Below, piece by piece: positions 38,820-51,730 of a DNA stretch of 64,000 nucleotides. The DNA is from Octopus sinensis. Lineage: Eukaryota. The notes under the pieces are model-generated. The model made no database searches. It worked only from the letters and a program-made list of their open reading frames with translations, and was not told where the DNA came from. How positions within the stretch are numbered: position 1 is the first letter of the stretch; every line of letters begins with the position of its first letter. The DNA lies in NCBI RefSeq assembly GCF_006345805.1, contig NC_043003.1:73098001-73162000 (forward strand). Reading direction: 5' to 3'. The translations under genes and the position numbers were made by a program.

Positions 38820-39035
38820 ATTTTTCAAGAAAGAATACCGGAATCACTGTTTATAACTTGAAAAACGCGTCTGGGGTTTCTTCTAAGGGAAGGGAATGCC
38901 ACAGGTGATATGAAATTAAAATCTACTCTTCTATCGCTCTGAAACTCCAATGGCTTCCAGGTGTAACACATTCAAATAAAAAGGCTTGGATGTCTAAGAG
39001 CATTTTTGAAGAAAGACTTGCAAACATGTTTTGTC
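38820..39035 (+). mobile_element. pogo/Tigger-like transposase fragment
   Basis: GNATGDMKLK..YRSETP and LPGVTHSNKKAWMSKSIFEERL match the pogo DDE_1 region GNA.GD.KLKP...Y.S.NP...LPV...NKKAWMT..IF. Confidence 0.65.
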
Positions 39036-39562
39036 TTGCTGTATCAGGGCCTGCTGGAGTCATCCACTATAACTTCTTAATACCCGGAAAAACCATTAAT
39101 GCAGAAACATATTGTCATGAAACTGCCAATATGAACAAAAAATTGCTACTCTTCCATCAACAGAAGAGGGCCAATCATTCTTCATGAGAAGGCTCAACCA
39201 CACATTTCAGTAATTACACCCCAGAAGTTGAGGGAACTTGGCTACGAATTCTTCCCCCATGCAGGTTATTCCTCAAACCTTTCTCCTACAGACTACCACA
39301 TTTTCAAACGCCTTGATGACTTTCTGTGAGAGAAGGAGTTCAAAAAACCAAAACGATGTTGAAAGTATGTTCAAAGGGTCCATAAGCTCCAGAACTCCAG
39401 ATTTTTATGCTACCGGAATAAAAAAAAAACTTGTAACTCGTTAGCAAAAATGTGTTGATTGTAATGGTACTTACTTTGACGTATAAAATTTCCGCATTGT
39501 TGAAATATATTGTGATGAATTTCATGTTTCAAAAGGTTGCTTACTTTTTACACGGCCTGATA
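39036..39562 (+). mobile_element. mariner (DD34D) 3' fragment
   Basis: GVIHYNFLIPGKTINAETYC, PIILHE, and a YSSNLSPTDYHIFKRL remnant of the YSPDLAP.DY motif; ends in a TIR-like ..ttttacacggcctga|ta. Confidence 0.85.
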
Positions 39563-39579
39563 TTATATATAGACAAAGC

Positions 39580-41334
39580 AGTTCTAAGTGAAGCAAAAGC
39601 TATAAAGAATATCATGGATAGAATACAAGATAGCCTGTGACATATTCCCACACTCGTGGATAAGTGAATGTTTGAGTATATTCAATATCACAGACAACAC
39701 AAGAGAATTAATTAGCTTTAGCATGAAGAAATGGGAAGTAGATCTCTATTCAGATGATAGAGTATTAGGAGAGGTTAATATCAAGAGAAGAATATTCCAA
39801 TGAGACTCGTTATTCCTTTTAATATTTGCTTATGTTTAATCCCCCTCAGTTTAATATTAAGGAAGGGAAATGTAGGATATCAGTTCAGAAATAGTAAGGG
39901 AAATTTTAATCATTTGCTCTATATGGATGATCTGAAGCTTTTTAGTAAGAATGAAAAAAAGATAAATTCCTTAATACAGACTTTAAGACTCTTCAGTAAA
40001 GATATAGACATGGAATTCGGCATAGATAAGTTTGCAATATTTCTCACAAAAAGGGACAGGTAGTCAAAAGTAAAGGAGTACAATTACCAGATGGTCAGAT
40101 ATTAAAATAACTGAAAGAAGGGGGAATTTATAAGTTTCTAGGAGTATTAGAATCTGACAGAGTACTAACTATAGAAATGAAAACACAAATTGAGCACATC
40201 GGTCCGAATCTAATGAAGGCAGTAAATACTTGGATAGTGTCGTTACTTAGATACTCCGCAGCTTTTGTAGATGGGACAAAATCTGAATTAGCAAAGCTAA
40301 ACAAAAGAGCTAGGAAGGAATTCAAATTGAATGGGGGACTCCACCCAAGAGTAAAAGTATCAAGTTTATACTTAACTAGAAAAGAAGGTGGAAGAGGGTT
40401 AATATCAGCAGAAGACTGCGTGGAGTTAATTAGAGTAGATATAATCTAGGTAATAATGAAGAAAATTTATTAATAGCTGCTAGAGTCACAGCAAGACATA
40501 GGGAAATCAAAAAGTTAGAAACCAAAAATAGAAAGAAAGAACAAAACTTATCAAGCAGCAAGAGAAGGCATTGCATGGTAGATTCTCAAAGAAAGTTGAA
40601 GGAAATATTAATGAGATATAGTTATGGTTGCTGAAAAGAAGGCTGAAAAGGGAGACAAAACGTTTGTTAGTAGCAGCACAACATCAAGCATTCAGGACTA
40701 ATTACATAAAACTCAAGATATACAAATATTATTTCCAAAGTTGGTTATGTAACTCAAAAGAGGAAAGTTTTACTCATATAGTAAGTGAATGTAGCATGCT
40801 GGCGCAGAAAGACATGACCACCCACGGAGAGTAATCCACGGGGAGTTATGTAGACAGCTAGGACGTAACCATATTGATAAATGGTATGAACATGAACCTA
40901 GTAAAATACTGGAAAGTAAGAAATTCAAGACTGACAGAGTAATAGAAACCAGAAGGCCTGATTTAGTAGTAGTAAAGAGAATAGAAAATGTAAGATATTG
41001 ACTTTACAGTCCTGAATGATGAAAAAAATGAATATAGGGTGTATAGAAAAATACCAAAGTACCAGGGCCTAGCCATTGAATTACGGAGACTATGGAAAGT
41101 GAGGGTAAAATGTATCCCAGTAGTTATAGGCGTACTGGGAACTATCCCTAAAGAGATTTTAACAGATGGATAGAGGAAATAGGCATAAAACCCAGTTTAG
41201 TACAGCTTCAGAAAACAATGTTATTAGGGACAGCTAGCATACGTAGGACGGTTCTTGGCATCTAAGGTTACTTGTTGTAGCCCGATGTTAGGATTTTTCT
41301 TTTTCCAACAGTCTAATTTGTTGAACGTAAATGA

Positions 41335-41337
<3 letters not shown>
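39580..41337 (+). mobile_element. R4/Dong-like RLE LINE, decayed 5'-truncated copy
   Basis: NHLLYMDDLKLFSKNE, LHPR....LYL.RKEGGRGLIS.EDCVE, ETKRLLVAAQHQAFRTN, HIVSECSMLAQK, RRPDLVV, LQKTMLLGTASIRRTVL; ends in (AAT)n. Confidence 0.88.
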
Positions 41338-41401
<64 letters not shown>

Positions 41402-41420
41402 TAATAATAATAATAATAAT

Positions 41421-41896
41421 TGTCTTGGTATAAAAGATGGGCTACAGCAAATATTCTGCTCAATACCACAGATTTTCTTGTCAGTTGTTTGACCTTAACC
41501 AGTTGAGCATGTCCCTTAGTGGCTGACGATATGTGCATCTCTGATCACGAGCAGAAGTAGTGGGGGAGCATCATAGCCATGTGTTGAGAGGGATTCTTTG
41601 GGGTTTGAATAGTTCACCTCTGGAAACATGGGTGGTTCTTTCAACATCCTTAAACAACCCTTATTCAGGGACCGTTTGAGCGGGATGGGCTACTCAACCT
41701 GAAGAAAATTCTAACTGGGCCCCACCTGCAAGGTCATGTGCTGTTTATCTTGATATGAGATCACCATGTCGCGCACATATGGTTGTGATGCATGTGCCTG
41801 GTGTACCTTTATCAGACGGGTAGTCATGATGGGTATATTGGGCTTCGTATATCTTACCCCAGTGTCACTTTGATGGCATGAACTGCTCTCTCACTC
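41421..41896 (+). mobile_element. non-autonomous element B, 5'-truncated
   Basis: Matches the reverse complement of 47478-~47955; flanked on both sides by (AAT)n. Confidence 0.9.
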
Positions 41897-41964
<68 letters not shown>

Positions 41965-41992
41965 TAATAATAATGATAATAATAATAATAAT

Positions 41993-42415
41993 ATTGCTTT
42001 TCATAGCTTCTAACACTGGAGATGTACTACGGTGTCAGCTGTTCACTACCAGTGAACTAAAGTAAAACCTCTTATTTTTCGAGCGCCTTCCGGAGTATTC
42101 GAGCGGTTCGAAGAAGTGCTGTTTTCTGCAAGTGCTCCACCCTTATTGCAGCCCCTATTTGTTCCATGTACTTCTCGAGATTTTTACTCACTCTTCCCAG
42201 GGCTCGGACAATTATTGGTACCACTACTAACTTTTTCATCGACCACAACTGCTTTACCTCCCAAGCTAACCTGTCATACCTATCGACTTTTCTTTCTTCC
42301 TTATAGCATAACTTGTCGGCTGGACATGCTATATCTATGATCCAGCATAGTTTGCTTTCTTTCTCAATTAAGACTGTCTGACTTCATGTTCCTATCTCAT
42401 AGTCGCAGTGAGCCT
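41993..42415 (-). mobile_element. R4/Dong-like LINE 3' fragment
   Basis: KVDRYDRLAWEVKQLWSMKKLVVVPIIVRALGRVSKNLEKYMEQIGAAIRVEHLQKTALLRTARILRKALEK*. Confidence 0.85.
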
Positions 42416-42498
<83 letters not shown>

Positions 42499-42519
42499 CA
42501 TTATTATTATTATTATTAT

Positions 42520-44205
42520 ATGGTTGACTGTTGCTTTCCAAGTCTCACCTAGAGACCTCAAGAGACAAGTTAAAAAGTTCATGCTGGTGTTATGCCTAGG
42601 ATGCCATATATTTGGTTTTGCACGTAATATTGTTCTAGAGAATGTTTCAGAATACAAGAAAATAAGTTTCTTTTGAAAATTGAGATTACATAGACAGTAT
42701 ATTACGTAGGATATGGGCAATTGCCATGAGCACTATCTTTTGAATTTCTGCCATTTCGGAGTTTCCTGGTATCTGAGCTAGGTAGCAATAAGCCATTTTT
42801 GCTATCATTCCTAGGACACCTATGACAACAGGTATTGATTTAGTCTAGAGGTTCCATATTTTGCTAATTTCTATTTCAAGATCTTTATACTTGCTCAGTT
42901 TTGGTAGGCCTTGACAGACAGTTATATCGATTGGGACAGTCATATCAATGAGGAGGCATGATTTTTGCCTGAAGTCTTTCAATATAATGTCTGCTCTATT
43001 CGCATCTATATTTCTTTCAGTGTGAATGGTGAAGTTCTAGAGAAGTGAGATGTGATCATTTTCAAGCACTGGAGGTGGTTTATCCACCAGTTTTTATCAT
43101 GGTGCAGGTCCAGGTTTTTGCAAATTACCCAGTGAATATATTGTGTTGATCTATCTTGCCTGTTCAGATACTCTGTAGGCGCAAGAAGATTGTATGTGGC
43201 GACAACATGAACAATGGTTTCATTTTGTTTTTGACACACACGACAGGTTGGGCGGCTGCCGTTCTTTAATATGTTGGCCTGATAGTTTCTTTGTAGGTAC
43301 GCATTGATCTTGGGCTGCTATGATAAACCATTCTGCTTCTGATTTTAAGCCAGAAGCCACTAACCATTGATGGGTAAGGGCTTTATCAACATCGGCATTT
43401 GCTATTTATCATTAAGAATATCTAAGGCAGCAGTTTTAGCAATGGCTTTCATGCGCTTAGCTTTTCTGTGTTTGTTTCTAGTATGTCTAATTCTGGAATT
43501 TATTGTATTTGGAATTCACTTACATAATCCTTTACCTATTTTGTTACTGAGTATGATACTTTCTTGTTTTCATGCTTTGATGCGAGTTTTAACATCCATT
43601 TATCAGAGATTTTCAGGTAGGTGTCTCGGCCGATTGTGGCAATCTTCATATTTAATTTCAGTTGTAAAAGTCTACGGCTTTCCTCTTTTCTTGGCAGATA
43701 AAATCGTTCTATATGTGCCTTAGGGTGGTGCATTCTATGTATTGTCAACAATTTTCTTTTCTTTTCTGTCAAGATTGCATATTTCAGTAATCGACCAGTC
43801 AATGATAACGAAACTATAAGTCATGACTGGCATGGCTAAAGTATTGATCGCTTCTTGCATTCGGCTCTGTTTTGAGTATTGCCCTTACCCTGCGATAACA
43901 TTATCTTCTGATCTTTTCCTTCATCACTGAATATTTAATACTGTCCTCTTCAAATACTCACTGGTACTTGTAGTTCTCCGCTAGTTCTAATTCCTTTATG
44001 ACATTCTGCTGATCAAGACTAATCTTGGATCTTTGTCATTTTTCCTTTGATAAAGGTAGCCTTTGCACATTTACCAAGACCAAATTGCATCCTGTAGTTA
44101 TTGGTCTTTCTTTGCAATGAGCTTTAAATCATCCATGTAAATTAGATGGATTTATATATTTATTAAACATTTTATAACCGTACAGTACATCATTGATCAA
44201 TTTCC
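42520..44205 (-). mobile_element. R4/Dong-like LINE, decayed
   Basis: HLIYMDDLK, HRMHHPKAHIERFYLPRKE..RRLLQL, CRVC.KQNETIVHVVA, RQDR..QYIHWVICK; 3' end abuts (ATT)n. Confidence 0.88.
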
Positions 44206-44244
44206 AGAGAGTTATTATTATTATTATTATTATTATCATTATTA

Positions 44245-46027
44245 TTCAGTAGTTTTATTTTTATTTTTTATAGCGTGCTTTCACTTCACTACCGAGCGCA
44301 GCTCTGTGTGCCTTGGGTATGTGCTGTGATTTGTTGTGATGCTCTGATGGTTATTGTATGGAAAGTGTTCTGCGTAGGATGTGTGCAGTGCCTAGTAGTG
44401 CAATTTTCTGTATGTTATATGTGTTTGTAAGTCCTGGTGTTTTTGTTATGTATTTGTCTGAATATTTTTTTATCATGCCTAATGCACCTACTATGATAGG
44501 AATTGTTTCTGTTTTCAGATTCCACATTCTAGTTACCTCTATTTCCAGGTCTTTGTATTTTGAGAGTTTCTCCATTTCTTTTAGAGACACGTTGTCATCT
44601 GCCGGTACTGATACATCAATTAGAAAGCATTTTTTTCTTCATGGTCTCTGACAACTATATCTGGTCTGTTGGCCTTAATTTCTCTATCTGTGTGTATCGG
44701 CATATCCCAGAGTATGGTTGCTTTCTCATTTTCTGTGACCTTTTCTGGTGTGTGCCTATACCATCTTTTTTCTGTTGTTATTCCATAATGTTGGCATAGC
44801 TTCCAATGTATGTAGGTTCCAACTCTGTCATGTCTGTGAATATATTCCTTCTTAGCCAGGACTGGGCAGCTAGAGATAATATGATTTATTGTTTCTTGTC
44901 CATCTCCACATATTCTGCAGTTACTTGTAATATTTTTTTTCATTACATGTTTTTGGTAATTTCTGGTGGGGAGGCTTTGGTCTTGTGCTGCAATTAAAAA
45001 TCCCTCTGTTTCTGCTTTGAGTCCTGAGCTTCTCAACCATTGCTGGGATTTTTCTTTGTCTATTTCTTTTGCGTTTAGTTTAGTCCAGTATTTACCATGA
45101 AGGGGCTTTTCTTGCCATCGTTTTATCATGGTTCGTTGCTGTTCTATTTTTAGTTTGGATTTCATTTTTTTATAGCTTTTGTTGTTTCTTCATCTTCTTC
45201 TTCTTCATGTTTATTAGGTGGTATGATTTCTTGTTTGTATTTGTCAGCTTCCTTAAATACTGAGAACAGTTTTTTGTTTTGCTCGTGTTTTGCCGCTATC
45301 TGGATCAGTTTTCCTTCCTTCTGAAGTAGATATTTTTGCAGTCCTATGGTGGTTATTTTATAGTAGTTTTCCAGCTGTATAAGGCCTCTACCACCTTCTA
45401 TACGTTGTATATATAGTCTTTCTATATCAGATTTTGGGTGATGCATCCTAGATCCTGTCATTATTATTCTTGTTTTCCTGTCTATTTTGGTCAGTTCATT
45501 TCGTGTCCAGTTAAGGATATTGTACCTGTAACTTATAACTGGGACAGCTAAAGTGTTGATACCTATTATCTTGTTTTTAGCATTGAGCTCTGTGTTTAGT
45601 ATTGATCTAACTCGTCTATAATATTCTTTTTTTATTTTCTCTTTCATTTGTGTGTGTTGTGTCTTATCTAGTTCATGAATTCCAAAGTATTTGTAAGTTT
45701 GGCTTTGGTCTAATTCTTTTATTTCATTTGCTTCATCTAGTGTGATGTTGTTACTCTTAACTAGTTTTCCTCTTTTCATGGTTACTTTGGCGCATTTTTC
45801 TAATCCAAATTTCATATCTATTTCTTTGGTAAATCCATGAACTGTCTTTAATAGTGTTTCCAGCTGTTTGTCATTTGCAGCGTATAGTTTTAGGTCATCC
45901 ATATATAAAAGGTGGCTGATCATTTTGCCGTAACATTTATATCCGCATCCAGTTCTATTTAGCATATCAGATAGAGGTGACAGTGCCAAGCAGAAAAGGA
46001 GTGGAGAGAGCGTGTCTCTCTCCACTC
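44245..46027 (-). mobile_element. R4/Dong-like LINE, well-preserved 5'-truncated copy (RT, CCHC zinc knuckle, restriction-like endonuclease)
   Basis: DTLSPLLFCLAL, SHLLYMDDLKLY, CRICGDGQETINHIISSC, RHD, KANRPDIVVRD..K.CFLIDV, KYKDLEIE, PIIVGALG, GTAHILRR. The frame breaks fall at A-runs near 45165 and 44630. Flanked by (ATT)n on both sides. Confidence 0.95.
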
Positions 46028-46045
46028 TTATTATTATTATTATTA

Positions 46046-46102
<57 letters not shown>

Positions 46103-46109
46103 CATTGTC

Positions 46110-47395
46110 ATTTACTTTTAATCTGCATGTTTGATGCAATCACCTGCCGGGGCCTACCCAGCGCCCTAGGGCAAGTGAAGGTTAAGAGTTGTTGAAATAT
46201 AGCTGAAAGCTTGGGGAGGGGAAGTAGAGATATATCTCCATGTAATGCAAACACAAACATTTACATTGATAGGGTTTTTCTAAGGATGTGGGCAGTACTT
46301 GTTAGCACAATCTTTTGGATTTCCTTGAGACATGGTTTTCCAGGGATATTGTCTAGGTGTTTCTGACATCCCTTTTTTATCATACCTAGGGCACCTACAA
46401 TAACAGGAACAGTTTTTGTTTTAAGATTCCACATCCTCTGTATTTCGATTTCCAGGTCCTTATATTTACTAAGTTTGTCAAATTCCTTGACAGATACATT
46501 TTTATCAGTGGGGACGCTTACTTCTATTAGTCTGCAGGTATTTTCTTCCCTGTCTTTAACAATTATGTCTGGTCGATTAGCCTTGATCGTTCTGTCAGTG
46601 TTGACTGGAAAATCCCAGAGGATGGTGACATCTTTACCTTCACAACTGGCTGAGGATGGTGCTCATACCAGTTAGCAGGAGTGTCGGATTTGTAGTGTTT
46701 ACATATCTTCCAATGTATATACTGTCCTACCCTATCGTGGCGATTTTTGTATTCGTTTGGTGTCAGCACAGGGCATCCCGAAACGAGATGGTCTATCGTT
46801 TCGTCAAATGTGTCGCAGAATCTGCATTTAGGGTCAGTACCGTTTCGGAGAACGTTAGCCTGGTAATTTCTGGTAAACAAGCTTTGATCCTGTGCTGCCA
46901 TTATGAACCTTCAGTCTCTGCTTTCAATCCAGAGCTCTTCAGCCACTGATGGTTGTTGCTTGGTCTACATCAGCATTTTGGCTTCGGAGAATATATTGTC
47001 CATGCAGGGGCTTCTGGCTCCACCGCCTCTCAATTTGATTCTGCCCGTTCTTTTTTGCAGTCTGCTTGATTCGCTTTGCTTGCTTGGTAGCAGTGGTTTC
47101 CGGCTCTTCATCTGATTCAAGGTTAATGTCTAGTTCCCTTTCGAACTTATAAGCTTCCTTGACAATAGAATGTAGCTTTTTGCTGCTTTCGTGTTCGCAC
47201 ACAAGTCGCAGCATCCAGTCCTTTGTACTAGATAGGTACCTGTTCATCCTACAGTAGAGGTCTTATAGCACAGCTCTAATTGCATCATTCCTCTCCCCCC
47301 CCGCTGCTTCTAGGTAGGTACAAGCGGTCTACATCTGCCTTAGGGTGGTGCATGCTCTTGGATGTCAGTAACTTTCTTGTCTTCCTGTCCAAGCG
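46110..47395 (-). mobile_element. R4/Dong-like LINE 3' fragment
   Basis: HHP.ADV.RLYLPRSSGG.GMMQLE, AAQDQSLFTRNYQ, CRFCDTFDETIDHLVSGC, RHDRVGQYIHWKICK; flanked by (ATT)n. Confidence 0.92.
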
Positions 47396-47413
47396 TTATT
47401 ATTATTATTATTA

Positions 47414-47473
<60 letters not shown>

Positions 47474-47477
47474 CATT

Positions 47478-48032
47478 GAGTGAGCGAGCAGAGCATGCCA
47501 TCAAAGTGACACTGGGGTAAAATATACGAAGCCCAGTATACCCATCATGACTACCCGTCTGATAAGGGTACACCAGGCACATGCATCACAACCATATGTG
47601 CGCGACATGGTGATATCATATCAAGATAAACAGCACGTGACCTTGCAGGTGGAGCCCAGTTAGAATTTTCTTCAGATCGAGTAACCCATCCAGCTCAAAA
47701 GGTCCCTGAATAAGGGTTGTTTAAGGACGTTGAACGAAACACCCATGTTTCCAGAGGTGAATTATTCAAACCCAAAAGAATCCTTCTCAACACATGGCTA
47801 TGATGCTCCCCCACTACTTCTGATCGTGATCAGAGATGCACATATCGTCAGCCACTAATGGACATGCTCAACTGGTTAAGGTCAAACAACTGACAAGCAA
47901 ATCTGTGGTATTGAGCAGAATATTTGCTGTAGCCCATCTTTTATACCAAGACAAAACAATGTACATGATAACACTTCCAATCAGTTAAGATCAGAAGCCA
48001 TGAGAGCCACTGCCTGGTACTGCATCAGGGCA
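47478..48032 (-). mobile_element. non-autonomous element B, apparently full length (555 bp)
   Basis: Longest copy in the window: 5' TGCCCTGATGCAG to 3' CTCGCTCACTC(AAT)n. Flanked by (ATT)n on both sides. No A/B-box tRNA head recognised. Confidence 0.85.
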
Positions 48033-48054
48033 TTTATTATTATTATTATTATTA

Positions 48055-48124
<70 letters not shown>

Positions 48125-48127
<3 letters not shown>

Positions 48128-51007
48128 TCATCGTTTAGCGTCCGTTTTCCATGCTAGCATGGGTTGGACGGTTCTACTGGGGTCTGTGAAGCCAGAAGGC
48201 TTCATCAGGCCCAGTCAAATCTGGCAGTGTTTCTACGGCTGGATGCCCTTCCTAACGCCAACCACTCCGTGAGTGTAGTGGGTGCTTTTTACGTGCCACC
48301 CGTACTGGTGCCAGACAGAGCTGGCAAACGGCCACGAACGGATGGTGCTTTTTATGTGCCACCGGCACGACGGCCAGGCGAGGCTGGCAACGGTCGCGAA
48401 ACGGAAAGTTTTCTTACATGCCACCGGCACATCTGCAATTTCCATTGATCGATTTCGATTCTGATCCTCACTTGCCTCAACGGGTCTTCACAAGCAGAGT
48501 TTCGACATGCCACCGGCACTGGTAGCACATCCGCAATTTCCATTGATCGATTTCGATTCTGATCCTCACTTGCCTCAACACGTCTTCACAAGTAGAGTTT
48601 TGTGTCCCAAGAAGGGAAGGTATGCATACGTAGGCTGGCTCCATCCCATGTAGAAGGCCACGGGTTATGGACTCACTTGTCCTGCGGGTCTTCTCGCGCA
48701 CAGCACACTTCCAGAGGTCTCGGTCTCTAGTCATTTCCTCAGTGAGACCTAAAGTTCGAAGGTCGTGCTTCACCACCTCGTCCCAGGTTTTCCTGGGTCT
48801 GCCTCTTCCACAGGTTCCCTCAACCGCTAGGGTGTGGCACTTTTTCACACAACTATCTTCATCCATTCTCGCCACATGACCATACCAGCGCAAACGTCTC
48901 TCTTGCACACCACACTGATGCTTCTTAGGTCCAGCTTTTCTCTCAAGGTACTTACACTCTGCCGAGTGTGAGTACCGGCATTACACATCCATCGGAGCAT
49001 ACTGGCTTCATTTCTAGCGAGCTTACGCATATCCTCAGCAGTCACGGCCCATGTTTCACTGCCATGTAGCATGGCTGTTCGTACACACGCATCATACAGT
49101 CTGCCTTTCACTCTGTGCGAGAGGCCTTTTGTCACCAGCAGAGGTAAGCTCTCTCTGAACTTTGCCCAAGCTATTCTTACTCTAGCAGTTACACTTTCAG
49201 CACACCCGCCCCCGCTGCTGACTTGGTCACCTAGGTAACGGAAACTATCAACTATTTCTAGTTTTCTCTCCTGGAAAGTGACGGAAGTTGGTCTCAGAGC
49301 ATTTTCAGTGTTTATTGTTCCTGAGCATCTGCCACATACAAAAACCATCTTCCTAGTTAGCCTTCCTTTGACATTGCTGCATCACTTATGTGTCCATAGC
49401 TTACACTTGGTGCATCTTATAGAGTTTCTACCTACACCTTTTCTACAGATCGAGCAGGGCCATCTACCTGAAGGTGTTTGTGATTTGTCTACCTTCCTAC
49501 TGATTACGACTTTGGTTTTAGCTAGATTGACTCTGAGGCCCTTCGATTCTAATCCTTGTTTCCACACCTGAAACTTCTCCTCCAGTTCTGATAGCGACTC
49601 AGCAATTAGAGCAAGGTCATCAGCATAGAGGAGCTCCCAAGGGTATCCTGTCTTGAATTCCTCCGTTATTGCCTGGAGGACTATGATAAATAGGAGGGGG
49701 CTGAGTACTGAGCCTTGGTGGACTCCTACCTCTACCCGGAATTCTTCACTGTACTCATTTCCAACCCTCACCCTTACTAGCGGCGTCCCTATACATGGCC
49801 CGCACAGCTCTCACTAACCATTCATCTATCCCTAGTTTCCTCATTGCCCACCAGATAAGGGATCGGGGGACCCTGTCGAAGGCTTTCTCCATGTCAACAA
49901 AAGCCAGGTACAGGGGCTTATCTTTGGCTAGGTATTTCTCCTGCAGCTGCCTTACCAGGAATATAGCATCAGTAGTACTTTTCCCTGGCACAAACCCAAA
50001 CTGCATCTCATCTAACTAACTCTCTCTCTAATTAGTTGGGCTATGACCCTCTCCGTAACCTTCATCACCTGGTCCAACAGCTTGATACCTCTGTATTTAT
50101 TTGTATCTAGGGCATCACCTTTACCTTTGTAGCAGTTGACTATTATACTGCTACACCAGTCATTGGGTATGACCCCTTTGTGTATCACCTGATTAACTAT
50201 ACGGGTGACTAGGCTATAGCCGACACTACCAGACATTTTGAGCATCTCTGCAGTGATTCCTGATGGGCCTGGGGCTTTCCCTGTCTTCATGCTTCTAATT
50301 GCCTTAGCTACCACGGAACTATCAACTCGGATAGCTGGTCCCTCTGTTGGGTCAACATTCGGCAGACTCTCTTTATCCCATTCATTTTCTTCATTCAGCA
50401 ACCTTTCATAGTGGCATCTCCAAACCTCTCTCTTTGCATCCTCATTAGCGCAAGTGAACCATCTTCCATGCGAACACACTTCTCTCCTACCACATCACGA
50501 TTCTCTCTCACACACTGTCTTGCAACACGAAACACCTCCAGTTTTTGGTCCTCACGGCGCAGAACATTGGCAAATTTTTTCTTATCTGCTTCCCCTCTGG
50601 CTAAATAAACCTGTCTCCTAGCTTCTCTTTTGGCAGTCTGATACAATTCCCTGCTACCCCCATTTTTCCAGACCTTCCAAGCCTGTCTCTTTTCTCTAAT
50701 AGCCCTGTCTACAATATTGTTCCACCACCACGTTATTCTAGGTCGAGAGGGGACTTTGCACCAGCCACAGATCTGGTCAGTGGCTCTCAGCAGGTTGTCC
50801 CTTAGAAACGTCCAGCTGTCTTCTACCCCCTGTGATGCTCTATCCCCTTCTACTTCGTCAGAGGCTTCAAGTAATATGTCCCTAAATCTCTGTCCATTTG
50901 CAGGATCTTTAAGCTTCCAGATCCTTCTTCTCCATATTTGTCGTCTTCTGGTTGTCCTCCTAGTCCTGATCCTAAAGTCACTAACTACCAGTCTATGTTG
51001 TGGGGTA

Positions 51008-51008
<1 letters not shown>
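48125..51008 (-). mobile_element. RTE-clade (BovB-like) LINE, 5'-truncated
   Basis: GKAPGPSGITAEMLK, KGKGDALD..YRGIKLL, QFGFVPGKSTTDAIF, AFVDMEKAFDRVPR, GVHQGSVLSPLLF, LLYADDLAL, RRLRWYGHVARM, GRGRPRKTW; long 3' UTR ending ..gacgctaaacgatgatg. Confidence 0.96.
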
Positions 51009-51104
<96 letters not shown>

Positions 51105-51114
51105 CATTATTATT

Positions 51115-51730
51115 ATTGCGGTGGCATACTGGCGGAAACGTGAACACATCGGATAAAATGCTTAGCGCCATTTCGTCAGTTTTTACGTTTCTACGTTCAA
51201 TTTCCACTCAGGTCCCATGGTGCCTTTCATCCTTTTAGGCTCGATAGAATAAGTAATTTTAATAATGCGGTCGTTGTAATCGACTACTACTCTCATCTAG
51301 AATTTTAGGCTTTGTTCCTATAGTAGAGAAAAGTTATAGTTATTAGTTTCAAGGTTGTGAACTGGCAGAGTCGTGCTGAAATACCACCGTGGTCAACCTT
51401 TATCATTTTGGGTCCATAAAACCAGTACCAGTCCATCAGTGGGGTTGATGCAATTGACTACCTCCCTCCTCATAAATTTCAGGTATTTTCCTTTTAGTAA
51501 AAATATTATAAATATTTTTGATTCAATGAAACCGGCGAGCTGGTAGAATCATTATCGCACTCTGCAAATTGCTTAGCCTTACATTCTGAGTTCAAATTCT
51601 GCCGAGGTCGATTTTTGCCTTTCACTCTTTCGGGTTCGATAAAATGAGTACCAGTTGAGCAATGGATTCGATATAATTGACTCACCGCACTCAAATTGCT
51701 GGCCTTGTGCCAAAATTTGAAGTCAATATT
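51115..51730 (+). mobile_element. cluster of three diverged SINE family A copies
   Basis: Heads at ~51117, ~51355 and ~51533 with gcttagc..gttcaa(a)ttc and atcgactac / ccttgtgccaaaatttgaa motifs. Confidence 0.75.

Noticed and set aside
48185-48215. CUGAUGA plus AGCC/GGCU hairpin in the RTE 3' UTR as a hammerhead
   Set aside because: The hairpin is followed by UCAC, not GAAA, and there is no stem III or cleavage triplet.
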